Positions 17,021 through 24,942 of a DNA stretch of 37,379 bases are shown one piece after another. The DNA lies in assembly GCA_964558275.1 (NCBI GenBank), contig CAZLDH010000005.1, positions 1 to 37,379 of the forward strand. The letters are read 5' to 3'. Position 1 is the stretch's first letter. Each line of letters opens with the position of its first letter. The notes under the pieces were generated by a model. It saw only the letters and a program-made list of their open reading frames with translations, did not search any database and was not told the origin of the DNA. The translations under genes and the position numbers were made by a program. Origin of the DNA: an uncultured Chitinophagaceae bacterium. GTDB lineage: Bacteria > Bacteroidota > Bacteroidia > Chitinophagales > Chitinophagaceae.

Positions 17021-18193
17021 TTATCCGGTTGCAAGAGCATGCTGCTTCGAATTTCGTCTAAAAGCAACGGCCAACATGGCTCCTGTAAAAGCCAAACCAC
17101 AACCCACCAAAACCGGTGTATTATATGCCAATCCAAAAACAATAGGCAATCCTCCCAAATAGGAACCCAATGTATTTCCAATATTAAAACTAGCCTGACC
17201 TGCTGAAGCGGCAAAAGTTTCAGCTCCTTTGGCATCATTAATAAGCATCATTTGTAAAGGCGTACCAACAGAGAAGGATATCATCCCTGTTATAAAGGAC
17301 ATAACATATGCCAAATAATAAAACTGAGCCGTAAAATGAACCGTCAACAAACATAAAACCATCGCCAGGAAACAAAAGACAGAAGCCTTGGCTGCTCCAA
17401 CTGTATCTGCCAGTTTACCACCAAACAAATTTCCTACAAACATTCCCAATCCCGCCAATACCATAATAATGGGCAAACGATCAGGATCCACACCGCTAAT
17501 CTGAATTACCATAGGAGCTATATAACTAATCCAAGCAAACATTCCACCGGTTCCTATGGAAATGACGGCAATCAATAACCAAGATCTTTTTTTAGAAAAA
17601 TATTTCAGTTGCCCAAAGAGGTTTCCATCTTTTACTTTAGGAATATCCGGCATCCAGAAGAAAATAGATAATAACGTCACTAGCCCAAGGAAACATACAA
17701 TACCGTAGGTAAAACGCCAGGAATAATGATGCCCGACAAAAGTACCCAACGGCACACCAACCACATTAGCCAATGTCAACCCGGCAAACATCACCGATAT
17801 GGCTCTTGCCTCTCGTCCCTTTTTTGCCAAAGAAGTGGCCACAACAGATCCCACGCCAAAAAAGGCACCATGTGGCAATCCTGCTGCAAAACGAGATACC
17901 TCCAGCAAGGTATAACCGGGAGCAATAGCAAAAAGACCATTAAACACCACAAAGAGAATCATTAATACTGCCAAAACTTTCTTAGGAGGAAATTTTCCGG
18001 TAATAAGTACCAAGATAGGAGCTCCCACCACAACACCGAGGGCATAAAACGCAATTAAATGCGCCGCAGTAGGAATAGATACGCCCTGATCTGCTGCCAA
18101 ATCAGGTAATACACCCATCATTGAAAATTCCGTCATTCCTATAGACAGCCCTCCTATCGCGAGTGCTATCAAACCTTTATTCATTCCTTTCAT
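17021..18193 (-). CDS. MFS transporter, AraJ family (DHA1-type efflux)
   Basis: The 390-aa product has 12 predicted TM helices. It resembles E. coli AraJ along its length as I recall that sequence, for example GMTEFSMMGVLPDLA, YALGVVVGAPI, GLPHGAFFGVGSVVA and SWRFTYG. Confidence 0.88.
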   Translation of the reverse strand: MKGMNKGLIALAIGGLSIGMTEFSMMGVLPDLAADQGVSIPTAAHLIAFYALGVVVGAPILVLITGKFPPKKVLAVLMILFVVFNGLFAIAPGYTLLEVSRFAAGLPHGAFFGVGSVVATSLAKKGREARAISVMFAGLTLANVVGVPLGTFVGHHYSWRFTYGIVCFLGLVTLLSIFFWMPDIPKVKDGNLFGQLKYFSKKRSWLLIAVISIGTGGMFAWISYIAPMVIQISGVDPDRLPIIMVLAGLGMFVGNLFGGKLADTVGAAKASVFCFLAMVLCLLTVHFTAQFYYLAYVMSFITGMISFSVGTPLQMMLINDAKGAETFAASAGQASFNIGNTLGSYLGGLPIVFGLAYNTPVLVGCGLAFTGAMLAVAFRRNSKQHALATG

Positions 18194-18335
18194 TTCGGCT
18201 GCAAAGGTCGGTATATTGGCAAGATAAAAAAATAAAAAGTTGGTTTGTCCAGGTCTGTATATCTGTAAGTCATAGGTCTTTCAGCATGCATGTTAATAAA
18301 TATTTATTTATAACATATCACAACGCTATACTTAA

Positions 18336-18554
18336 CCCGGATTATTCATGGGCTTAGCTTTTTGTAGATACAAGGCGTCAAATCCTGTAGCTGTAGTAGC
18401 CTACTGCAAAGGATTTGCAACGAAGTAGATGCAAAAAGATAAGGTCAAACCGTTCCTCAAAATTGGGGAACAAAAAATAAAATCATTTTTTACTTTATCG
18501 CCTGATGATGAACCTATTAAAGGAAAAATTACAAAAAGTGGTGAATAATCCGGG
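18336..18554. repeat. perfect 13-bp inverted repeat (CCCGGATTATTCA / TGAATAATCCGGG) enclosing 193 bp of palindrome-rich intergenic DNA
   Basis: The arms are at 18336-18348 and 18542-18554, read directly from the sequence. A second inverted pair, GCTGTAGTAGCC (18390-18401) and GGCAACTACAGC (18554-18565), is complementary at 11 of 12 positions. Local hairpins are CAAATCC...GGATTTG (18379-18417) and GTTCC...GGAAC (18452-18470). Confidence 0.7.
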
Positions 18555-18585
18555 GCAACTACAGCCATTAAAAAATTTCTAATCC

Positions 18586-19320
18586 TTATCCTCTTCTAAT
18601 TCCTCTTCCAAATAGATTTCTCAATTGCATGTCAATGACTCCCCAAACACCTTCTTTGATAATATTTTTACTCATTTTAGATTCGCCAAACTGCCGTTCT
18701 GTAAAAGTAATAGGAACTTCTACAACCTGAAATCCAAGTTTCCATGCATTAAATTTCATTTCAATCTGAAAGGCATAGCCCACAAATTTAATATTATCTA
18801 AATCAATTGTTTCTAACACCTTCCTTCTATAGCAAACAAATCCTGCAGTAGCGTCTTTGATAGGGATTCCGGTAATCACTCGAACATAAAAAGAAGCGCC
18901 TTTAGACAATAAAATTCTGTTTTTAGGCCAATGCTTAGTATCCCCACCTTTTACGTATCGAGAGCCAATGGAAACATCTGCCCCACGTTCGTGACAGGCC
19001 GCATACAGACGCAATAAATCTTCCGGAGGATGAGAGAAATCTGCATCCATTTCAAAAATATATTCATAATTGCGATCCAGGCTCCATCTAAATCCATGAA
19101 TGTATGCCGTTCCCAGACCTTGCTTTCCCTTGCGCTCCAATAGAAAAAGCCGATCCTCATTTTGACAACGTAATTTTTTAACTAGCTCTGCCGTTCCATC
19201 CGGTGAATTGTCATCCACTATTAACACATGAAATCCTGCATCCAAAGCAAAGACTGCCTTAATGATAGAAATAATGTTTTCCTTTTCGTTAAAGGTAGGT
19301 ATGATGACAATCTTTTTCAA
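18586..19320 (-). CDS. GT2-family polyprenol-phosphate mannosyltransferase (Dpm1/Ppm1-like)
   Basis: The sequence contains IIPTFNEKENI, LIVDDNSPDGT and the FEMDADFSHPPEDL (DXD region), which are typical of dolichyl/polyprenyl-phosphate mannose synthases. The apparent start is a TTG preceded by ACGGAG. Confidence 0.85.
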   Translation of the reverse strand: MKKIVIIPTFNEKENIISIIKAVFALDAGFHVLIVDDNSPDGTAELVKKLRCQNEDRLFLLERKGKQGLGTAYIHGFRWSLDRNYEYIFEMDADFSHPPEDLLRLYAACHERGADVSIGSRYVKGGDTKHWPKNRILLSKGASFYVRVITGIPIKDATAGFVCYRRKVLETIDLDNIKFVGYAFQIEMKFNAWKLGFQVVEVPITFTERQFGESKMSKNIIKEGVWGVIDMQLRNLFGRGIRRG

Positions 19321-19404
19321 AAGCTCCGTTTTTCTGTTAGAATAGGTTCGGTTTTAAAGTAGCGAATATAGATAATGCTTTTAAAAAAAAATTGATTCTT
19401 GGGA

Positions 19405-20172
19405 TTATTTTAACATCATTTCATTATAAATCTTAGATAGCTTCTGCTTGGTATCCAAGAGGAAATCAGAACGCATAATCCAATCATAGTATTGTGGTTC
19501 TTTCTTCAACACATCCCTTACAGGTTTTCCTTTAAATTTTCCAAAATTGAAAACTGCTACCCCTTTCTTCAGTGCGATACGACGTCCATTATCTACAAAA
19601 TCTCCCCGTTTTGTAAACTTAGAAAGTCCTTCCACATCATTCTTTAATTCTTCATAATAATTAATCTGCGCTTTCAATACTTCAAAAGTAGCAACGGCAT
19701 CAGCATCTGCAGAATGTGCATTTTCAAGACTTTTATTACAATAGAATTGATAAGCTGCCCCCAAAGTACGTTTTTCCATTTTATGAAAAATCGTTTGTAC
19801 ATCAATCTTTTTCCTGTCTTCCATCCCTAAATCCAAATCAACCCGTAAAAACTCCTCTACCAACAAAGGCACATCAAAACGATCAGAATTATATCCGGCC
19901 AAATCTGCATTTCCTATAAACTGCTTAATCTCGTTGGCCACTTCTTTAAATGTAGGACAATCCTTTACATCTTCATCGTGAATACCATGTATAGAAGCTG
20001 CTTCTTCCGGAATAGGTATCCCGGGGTTTATTCGTTTGGTCCTTGTTTCTGTTTCACCATCGGGTGTTAACTTTACGATAGCAATTTCTACGATTCTATC
20101 CTTTGCAATATTGGTGCCTGTGGTTTCTAAATCAAAAAAAACTAATGGGCGCGTAAGTTCTAGTTCTTTCAT
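19405..20172 (-). CDS. DEDDh-family 3'-5' exonuclease (DnaQ/epsilon-like) with a C-terminal extension
   Basis: Exo I is FFDLETTG, Exo II is GYNSDRFDVPLL and Exo III is HSADADAVATFEV. The C-terminal segment FGKFKGKPVRDVLKKEPQYYDWI is a small conserved add-on domain. Confidence 0.85.
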   Translation of the reverse strand: MKELELTRPLVFFDLETTGTNIAKDRIVEIAIVKLTPDGETETRTKRINPGIPIPEEAASIHGIHDEDVKDCPTFKEVANEIKQFIGNADLAGYNSDRFDVPLLVEEFLRVDLDLGMEDRKKIDVQTIFHKMEKRTLGAAYQFYCNKSLENAHSADADAVATFEVLKAQINYYEELKNDVEGLSKFTKRGDFVDNGRRIALKKGVAVFNFGKFKGKPVRDVLKKEPQYYDWIMRSDFLLDTKQKLSKIYNEMMLK

Positions 20173-20288
20173 AGTCTATAATTGAGGCGTAAAGTTCTCA
20201 AAAATTATGGAAATTCAAAGGATTTTCGTTTCTAAACTATAAAAACAAGCGAATAACCCTTCTTATAATCTTTCCTTTCTCTATATAT

Positions 20289-21650
20289 TTATTTGTTATT
20301 CTTCCAATGCGTCAATATTTCTTCATTCGTTGCCCCACCCAAACTTCCAGAACTCATAATCAATAAATTAGCATCAATATCAGCCTTTTGAGAAATAAAA
20401 TCCAATAATTCTTCTTTGGTGCTAATCACTTCCATATTCTGTCTTTTAAAACCCTCTTTAATTTGTTCCGGACTAATGAAAGGCAACTTTTTAATCTTTA
20501 CCGCATGCGGATCATAAAATACAGCCACATTGTCTGCAGCATCCATTTTCCCTTCATATTGTGGTAAAAAATCTTTATTCAGACTACTATAGGTATGCAA
20601 TTCTGCGATAGCTGTCAATTCCCTATCAGGAAATTGCTCTTTTACGGCATTTAAGCTGGCTTCTACTTTTGACGGAGCATGAGCAAAATCCCTGAATACC
20701 GTCGTATTTCCCCCTACATAAATTTTTTCCAACCGCTGAGCTGCGCCTTTAAAATCCTTAATTGCAGTTAAAAAGGCTTCTGAATTGATTCCCAGCTCGC
20801 TGCAAACCAATGCTGCAGCTTGCAAGTCCATTAAATTATGATCCCCAAAAACGCTTATAAACTCGGCATATCCATCCAAGATAACTTGCGTTTTCCCATT
20901 TTCTACTTTATGTTCCGGAATAGCAAAAGGAATCGCTTTCAAGTGGTTTCCATATTCCTTTACCAGTCGGCTCAGTTCAGCATCTTTTCCATTGTATATG
21001 AGCGTACTGCCGGTAGCCAAACCTTCAATAAATTGCTTAAATTGCTCGACATAGTTCTCGTAAGTTGGAAATACATTCATATGATCCCAGGCTATGCCAC
21101 TCAATACGGATATATGCGGATGATAGAAGAAAAATTTAGGTACTTCTTTTAATGCAGAAGCCGGATATTCATCTCCTTCACAAACAATCAAAGGTGCATC
21201 ACTCATTTTCACAGAACTTTCAAAACCGGGTACTTTCGCCCCTACCAAATAATCAAAGTCTTTTTCCTGCTTATCCAACACATGCATAATCATAGAAGTA
21301 ATGGTCGTTTTCCCATGACTTCCTCCCACAACCACGCGTTTCTTGTGCTTACTCTCTTCAAATATATACTCAGGGAATGAAAATATAGATAGCCCTAATG
21401 CTTCTGCTTGGTCTAATTCAGGATTTCCATTTCTTGCATGCATACCTAAGATAACGGCATCCAAATCCGTTGTTATCTTATCCGTATTCCATCCATCACC
21501 CGAATAAAGATTATATCTTTTCAAGTTTGACAAAGCAGGGTCATAAATTTCATCATCACTGCCACTGACGTCGTATCCCTTTTTGTGAAGTGCTATGGCC
21601 AGTTGGTGCATAATACTTCCACCTATTGCGATAAAGTGTACTTTCTTCAT
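20289..21650 (-). CDS. mpl: Mur ligase family protein, Mpl-like (UDP-N-acetylmuramate:L-alanyl-gamma-D-glutamyl-meso-DAP ligase)
   Basis: The N-terminus HFIAIGGSIMHQLAIALHKKGYDVSGSD resembles Mpl/MurC. The P-loop is VVGGSHGKTTITSMI. The gene stands alone outside any dcw cluster, which favours Mpl over MurC. Confidence 0.8.
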   Translation of the reverse strand: MKKVHFIAIGGSIMHQLAIALHKKGYDVSGSDDEIYDPALSNLKRYNLYSGDGWNTDKITTDLDAVILGMHARNGNPELDQAEALGLSIFSFPEYIFEESKHKKRVVVGGSHGKTTITSMIMHVLDKQEKDFDYLVGAKVPGFESSVKMSDAPLIVCEGDEYPASALKEVPKFFFYHPHISVLSGIAWDHMNVFPTYENYVEQFKQFIEGLATGSTLIYNGKDAELSRLVKEYGNHLKAIPFAIPEHKVENGKTQVILDGYAEFISVFGDHNLMDLQAAALVCSELGINSEAFLTAIKDFKGAAQRLEKIYVGGNTTVFRDFAHAPSKVEASLNAVKEQFPDRELTAIAELHTYSSLNKDFLPQYEGKMDAADNVAVFYDPHAVKIKKLPFISPEQIKEGFKRQNMEVISTKEELLDFISQKADIDANLLIMSSGSLGGATNEEILTHWKNNK

Positions 21651-21718
21651 ATATCGCGAAAATAGGTCGATTTTTCTAATAATTGTTTACCTTTAACCAA
21701 TAAATCAACACTTTATTT

Positions 21719-21880
21719 ATGCCTAAAAAGAATTTACTTTTATTTATTATTTGTGCTATAGGGCTTTTTTTTATGGCAGAACTGACCGCTTGTAGAACGC
21801 CTAAAGGCTTAGGATGTCCTACAAACCTTGGAAAAACAACTATTCCAAATACGACCGAGCAGTTACCTCAAAGAAGTTAA
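21719..21880 (+). CDS. candidate 53-aa small lipoprotein (below the ORF-track length cutoff)
   Basis: My translation is MPKKNLLLFIICAIGLFFMAELTACRTPKGLGCPTNLGKTTIPNTTEQLPQRS. It has a signal peptide plus an L-T-A-C lipobox. It fills an otherwise empty 269-bp gap upstream of aroQ. I have no homology evidence. Confidence 0.4.
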   Translation: MPKKNLLLFIICAIGLFFMAELTACRTPKGLGCPTNLGKTTIPNTTEQLPQRS

Positions 21881-21919
21881 CCCGCTATTGAATGATCAAC
21901 AAGCTACGCATTTTTTACT

Positions 21920-22375
21920 ATGAGAATAGCTATTATAAATGGACCTAATTTAAATTTATTAGGGAAACGAGAACCCGATATATATGGGAATCAATCATTT
22001 GAAGATTTCTTCGAAGAAATTCAAAAAGATTACCCTCAGATTTCATTTACCTCTTTTCAAAGTAATAAAGAGGGGGAGATTGTCAGCCAAATACAGGAAA
22101 AAGGTTTTGAAGTTGAAGGTATTTTACTCAATGCAGCAGCTTACACACATACCAGTGTGGCAATACGAGATGCTATAGCAGCAGTACCTGCAGAAGTTCT
22201 GGAAATTCACATTTCAAACGTTCATGCCCGAGAAGGCTTTAGACACCACAGCTATATCGGCGCGGTATGCAAAGGTTCTATATGTGGACTTGGCCTTTGG
22301 GGATATCGGCTTGGTATAGACTATTTCATCAATCAAAAAAAGGGATACTTTTCTATTCAAAACAAGCAAGATTAA
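21920..22375 (+). CDS. aroQ: type II 3-dehydroquinate dehydratase
   Basis: The N-terminus IAIINGPNLNLLGKREPDIYG is the classic AroQ start. The sequence also contains NAAAYTHTSVAIRDA and EIHISNVHAREGFRHHS. Confidence 0.95.
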   Translation: MRIAIINGPNLNLLGKREPDIYGNQSFEDFFEEIQKDYPQISFTSFQSNKEGEIVSQIQEKGFEVEGILLNAAAYTHTSVAIRDAIAAVPAEVLEIHISNVHAREGFRHHSYIGAVCKGSICGLGLWGYRLGIDYFINQKKGYFSIQNKQD

Positions 22376-22385
22376 AAAGGAATAG

Positions 22386-22393
22386 TATTTTTG
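22386..22393 (+). promoter_or_regulatory. -7 promoter box TATTTTTG upstream of lepB
   Basis: This is a perfect TAnnTTTG in the 38-nt aroQ-lepB gap, ending 20 nt before the ATG. Confidence 0.45.
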
Positions 22394-22413
22394 CACTTCA
22401 TACGCAATAAACC

Positions 22414-23625
22414 ATGGATAAGAAAGATCAAGAGAGAAAACCATATACAGTAAGTTCTCAACATAAAAAGAAAAAAAAGAAGAAAAAAAAGAAAAAATCT
22501 GCCGTAAGAGAATGGGTGGACGCAGCTGTATTTGCTATCATTGCTGCCAGCATTATCAGAACCTTCTTATTTGAAGCTTATACCATTCCTACCCCTTCCA
22601 TGGAAAAGACGCTACTTGTGCATGACTTTTTATTTGTTAATAAACTGGCTTACGGTCCTCGTGTTCCCATGACACCACTTGCCGTACCTTTTACAATGGC
22701 AACTGTTCCCATTCTTAATGTACAATCATATTCCACCTGGCCTAAATTTGATTACCATCGTTTGCCCGGATTTGGGAATGTAGAAAGAGAAGATGTGGTC
22801 GTATTTAACTTTCCTGACGGGGATTCTGTCATCAAAGAAATTCCCGAAGCAGATTATTACGCTGTAATCAGAAGAAATGGTAGAGACTTCATTAAAAATA
22901 GTGGATATACCGTAGTAACCAGACCGGTAGATCGAAAAGAAAATTACATCAAACGCTGTGTAGGTATTCCCGGAGATAAATTATCTGTAAGAGATGGTTA
23001 TGTCTATATTGACGGAGCAAGAGAAAAAGTTCCGCCTCATTCTCAGAAAATTTATTTGGTACAAACCGATGGAAGTACTTTTAATCCCCGCCGGTTAAAG
23101 GATATGAATATTAAGATGCCTAAATACTCAGATCCCTCAACCTCCACCTATAAATTTAATCTTACACCTTCCGATTCTGCTAAATTAAGTGGGTTTAAAA
23201 TGGTGAAAGATATCTCACGTTGGCAAGACTCTACTATCTCTCCGGCAACCTTTCCTCATGACACTGCACATTTCAAATGGTCTCCTGATAATTACGGTCC
23301 CATTTATATTCCAAAAGAAGGAGCTACTGTAAATTTAAATTTGACCAACATTGCCCTATATAAAAGGATTATTGATAATTACGAAGATAACGACCTGGCT
23401 ATTAAAAACGGAAAAATTTATATCAATGGGAAAGTAGCCGACTCTTATACTTTTAAGATGAACTATTACTGGATGATGGGGGACAATAGAGATAATTCTT
23501 TAGACTCCAGATACTGGGGATTCGTACCCGAATCTCACATCGTCGGTAAGGCTTGGTTCATCTGGATGAGTTATGAAGAAGGTGGCGGTATCCGATGGAG
23601 TAGAATATTTAGTGGCATTCATTAA
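22414..23625 (+). CDS. lepB: signal peptidase I
   Basis: The product has a TM anchor followed by the catalytic-Ser box IPTPSMEKTL. Box D/E reads YWMMGDNRDNSLDSRYWGF. An unusual K11 run lies in the cytoplasmic N-terminus. Confidence 0.92.
   Translation: MDKKDQERKPYTVSSQHKKKKKKKKKKKSAVREWVDAAVFAIIAASIIRTFLFEAYTIPTPSMEKTLLVHDFLFVNKLAYGPRVPMTPLAVPFTMATVPILNVQSYSTWPKFDYHRLPGFGNVEREDVVVFNFPDGDSVIKEIPEADYYAVIRRNGRDFIKNSGYTVVTRPVDRKENYIKRCVGIPGDKLSVRDGYVYIDGAREKVPPHSQKIYLVQTDGSTFNPRRLKDMNIKMPKYSDPSTSTYKFNLTPSDSAKLSGFKMVKDISRWQDSTISPATFPHDTAHFKWSPDNYGPIYIPKEGATVNLNLTNIALYKRIIDNYEDNDLAIKNGKIYINGKVADSYTFKMNYYWMMGDNRDNSLDSRYWGFVPESHIVGKAWFIWMSYEEGGGIRWSRIFSGIH
22465..22497 (+). repeat. 33-nt purine tract (A5-G-A8-G-A2-G-A8-G-A6) encoding eleven consecutive lysines within lepB
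   Basis: Read directly: AAAAAGAAAAAAAAGAAGAAAAAAAAGAAAAAA. It is in frame as AAA/AAG codons only. Confidence 0.9.
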
Positions 23626-23743
23626 GTATGACACGATCGGCTTAATTGAGAAGGATAGTTTTTAACAACCATTCATTGGCTTTCTCCCATCTATTCCATG
23701 CCTCATTCTAGTCCACCTGAAAAATATTTCTAAATTAAATGCT

Positions 23744-23751
23744 TAAATTTG
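23744..23751 (+). promoter_or_regulatory. -7 promoter box TAAATTTG upstream of galE
   Basis: This is a perfect TAnnTTTG ending 21 nt before ATG 23773. The ORF-track start (23749) is the TTG inside this box. Confidence 0.55.
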
Positions 23752-23772
23752 CAAGCTAAATCAACTAGCAAT

Positions 23773-24801
23773 ATGAGTAAAAAAATATTAGTAACCGGTG
23801 GCTGCGGTTACATAGGATCCCACACTATCGTTGATCTTATAGATAATGGATATAATGTCATTTCTATAGACGACAACTCTCGTTCTACCACTACATTAAT
23901 TGATAATATTGAAGATATTGTAGGTCAAAAGATAAAGAACTATCAGGTTAACCTTTGCGACTTGGAAGCAACCAAAGCAGTGTTTGAAGAGAACAAAGAT
24001 ATTGAAGGAATCATTCACTTTGCAGCTTTCAAAACGGTACCCGAATCAGTAGAAAAACCTTTATTGTACTTTCATAATAATTTAGAATCTCTGGTGAACA
24101 TACTCACTTGTGTAAAAGAATATAATATTTCTAATTTTGTATTCTCTTCTTCCTGTTCTGTTTATGGAAATGCAGAAGAGCTTCCGGTTGTAGAAACCAC
24201 CCCAATGGGAGAAGTTGAAAGTCCTTATGCGCGTACCAAGCATATTGGGGAAGACATTATCAGGGATTACTCAAAAGTAAACAATACCAATAACATCCTT
24301 TTACGCTATTTCAACCCTGCGGGAGCACACCCTTCAATTAAAATAGGAGAAATGCCTTTAGGAAAACCTGACAATCTTGTTCCTGTTATTACCCAGACCG
24401 CTATAGGAAAAATAGAAAAAATGACTGTATTTGGAACAGATTATGATACGCGAGATGGTTCATGTGTTCGGGATTACATCCATGTGATGGATATTGCCAA
24501 TGCACATACCAAAGCCATTCAATATTTGATTGAAGAAAAAAACAACGATAAATGTGAAATCTTCAATCTGGGTACAGGCAATGGTGTCACTGTACTAGAG
24601 GCCATCAAAGCTTTTGAAAAAGTGAGCGGTGTGAAACTAAATTACACCACCGGAGACCGCCGTCCGGGAGACGTGATTGCCATATACGCCAATAATGAAC
24701 ATGCCCGCAAAAAACTAGGTTGGAACCCTGAAAAAGGCATAGAAGAGATGATGGACACTGCATGGAAATGGCAGTTAAAATTAAAAGAAATGGAGAAATA
24801 A
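23773..24801 (+). CDS. galE: UDP-glucose 4-epimerase
   Basis: I placed the start at MSKKILVTGGCGYIGSH, which contains the Rossmann GxxGxxG. The sequence also contains SSSCSVYG, SPYARTKHIGE (YxxxK) and NPAGAHPS, giving 342 aa from ATG 23773. Confidence 0.93.
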   Translation: MSKKILVTGGCGYIGSHTIVDLIDNGYNVISIDDNSRSTTTLIDNIEDIVGQKIKNYQVNLCDLEATKAVFEENKDIEGIIHFAAFKTVPESVEKPLLYFHNNLESLVNILTCVKEYNISNFVFSSSCSVYGNAEELPVVETTPMGEVESPYARTKHIGEDIIRDYSKVNNTNNILLRYFNPAGAHPSIKIGEMPLGKPDNLVPVITQTAIGKIEKMTVFGTDYDTRDGSCVRDYIHVMDIANAHTKAIQYLIEEKNNDKCEIFNLGTGNGVTVLEAIKAFEKVSGVKLNYTTGDRRPGDVIAIYANNEHARKKLGWNPEKGIEEMMDTAWKWQLKLKEMEK

Positions 24802-24942
24802 AGCATTAGCTATGGAACGCAATATAGAACGCAGATACTTATGATTGGCGATGATTAATTATGCTTTGATAATCTTAGCATCCTGACAAACATAAGACAT
24901 CATAAAATATCTGCATTCTATTTGTTTTTAATAATTTTCTCA

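Noticed and set aside
16926-17238. Two track ORFs (16926..17162 plus strand, 17011..17238 minus strand) around the 3' end of the MFS gene.
   Set aside because: They overlap the C-terminal TM helices of the AraJ-like transporter in other frames. The 390-aa MFS reading frame aligns end to end with the family as I recall it, so these are spurious.
18336-18554. Calling the inverted-repeat-bounded 193-bp segment a MITE or a phase-variable invertible promoter.
   Set aside because: There is no target-site duplication, no second copy in this window and no nearby recombinase or transposase. No TAnnTTTG promoter box lies inside the segment. I kept it as an open finding rather than a feature call.
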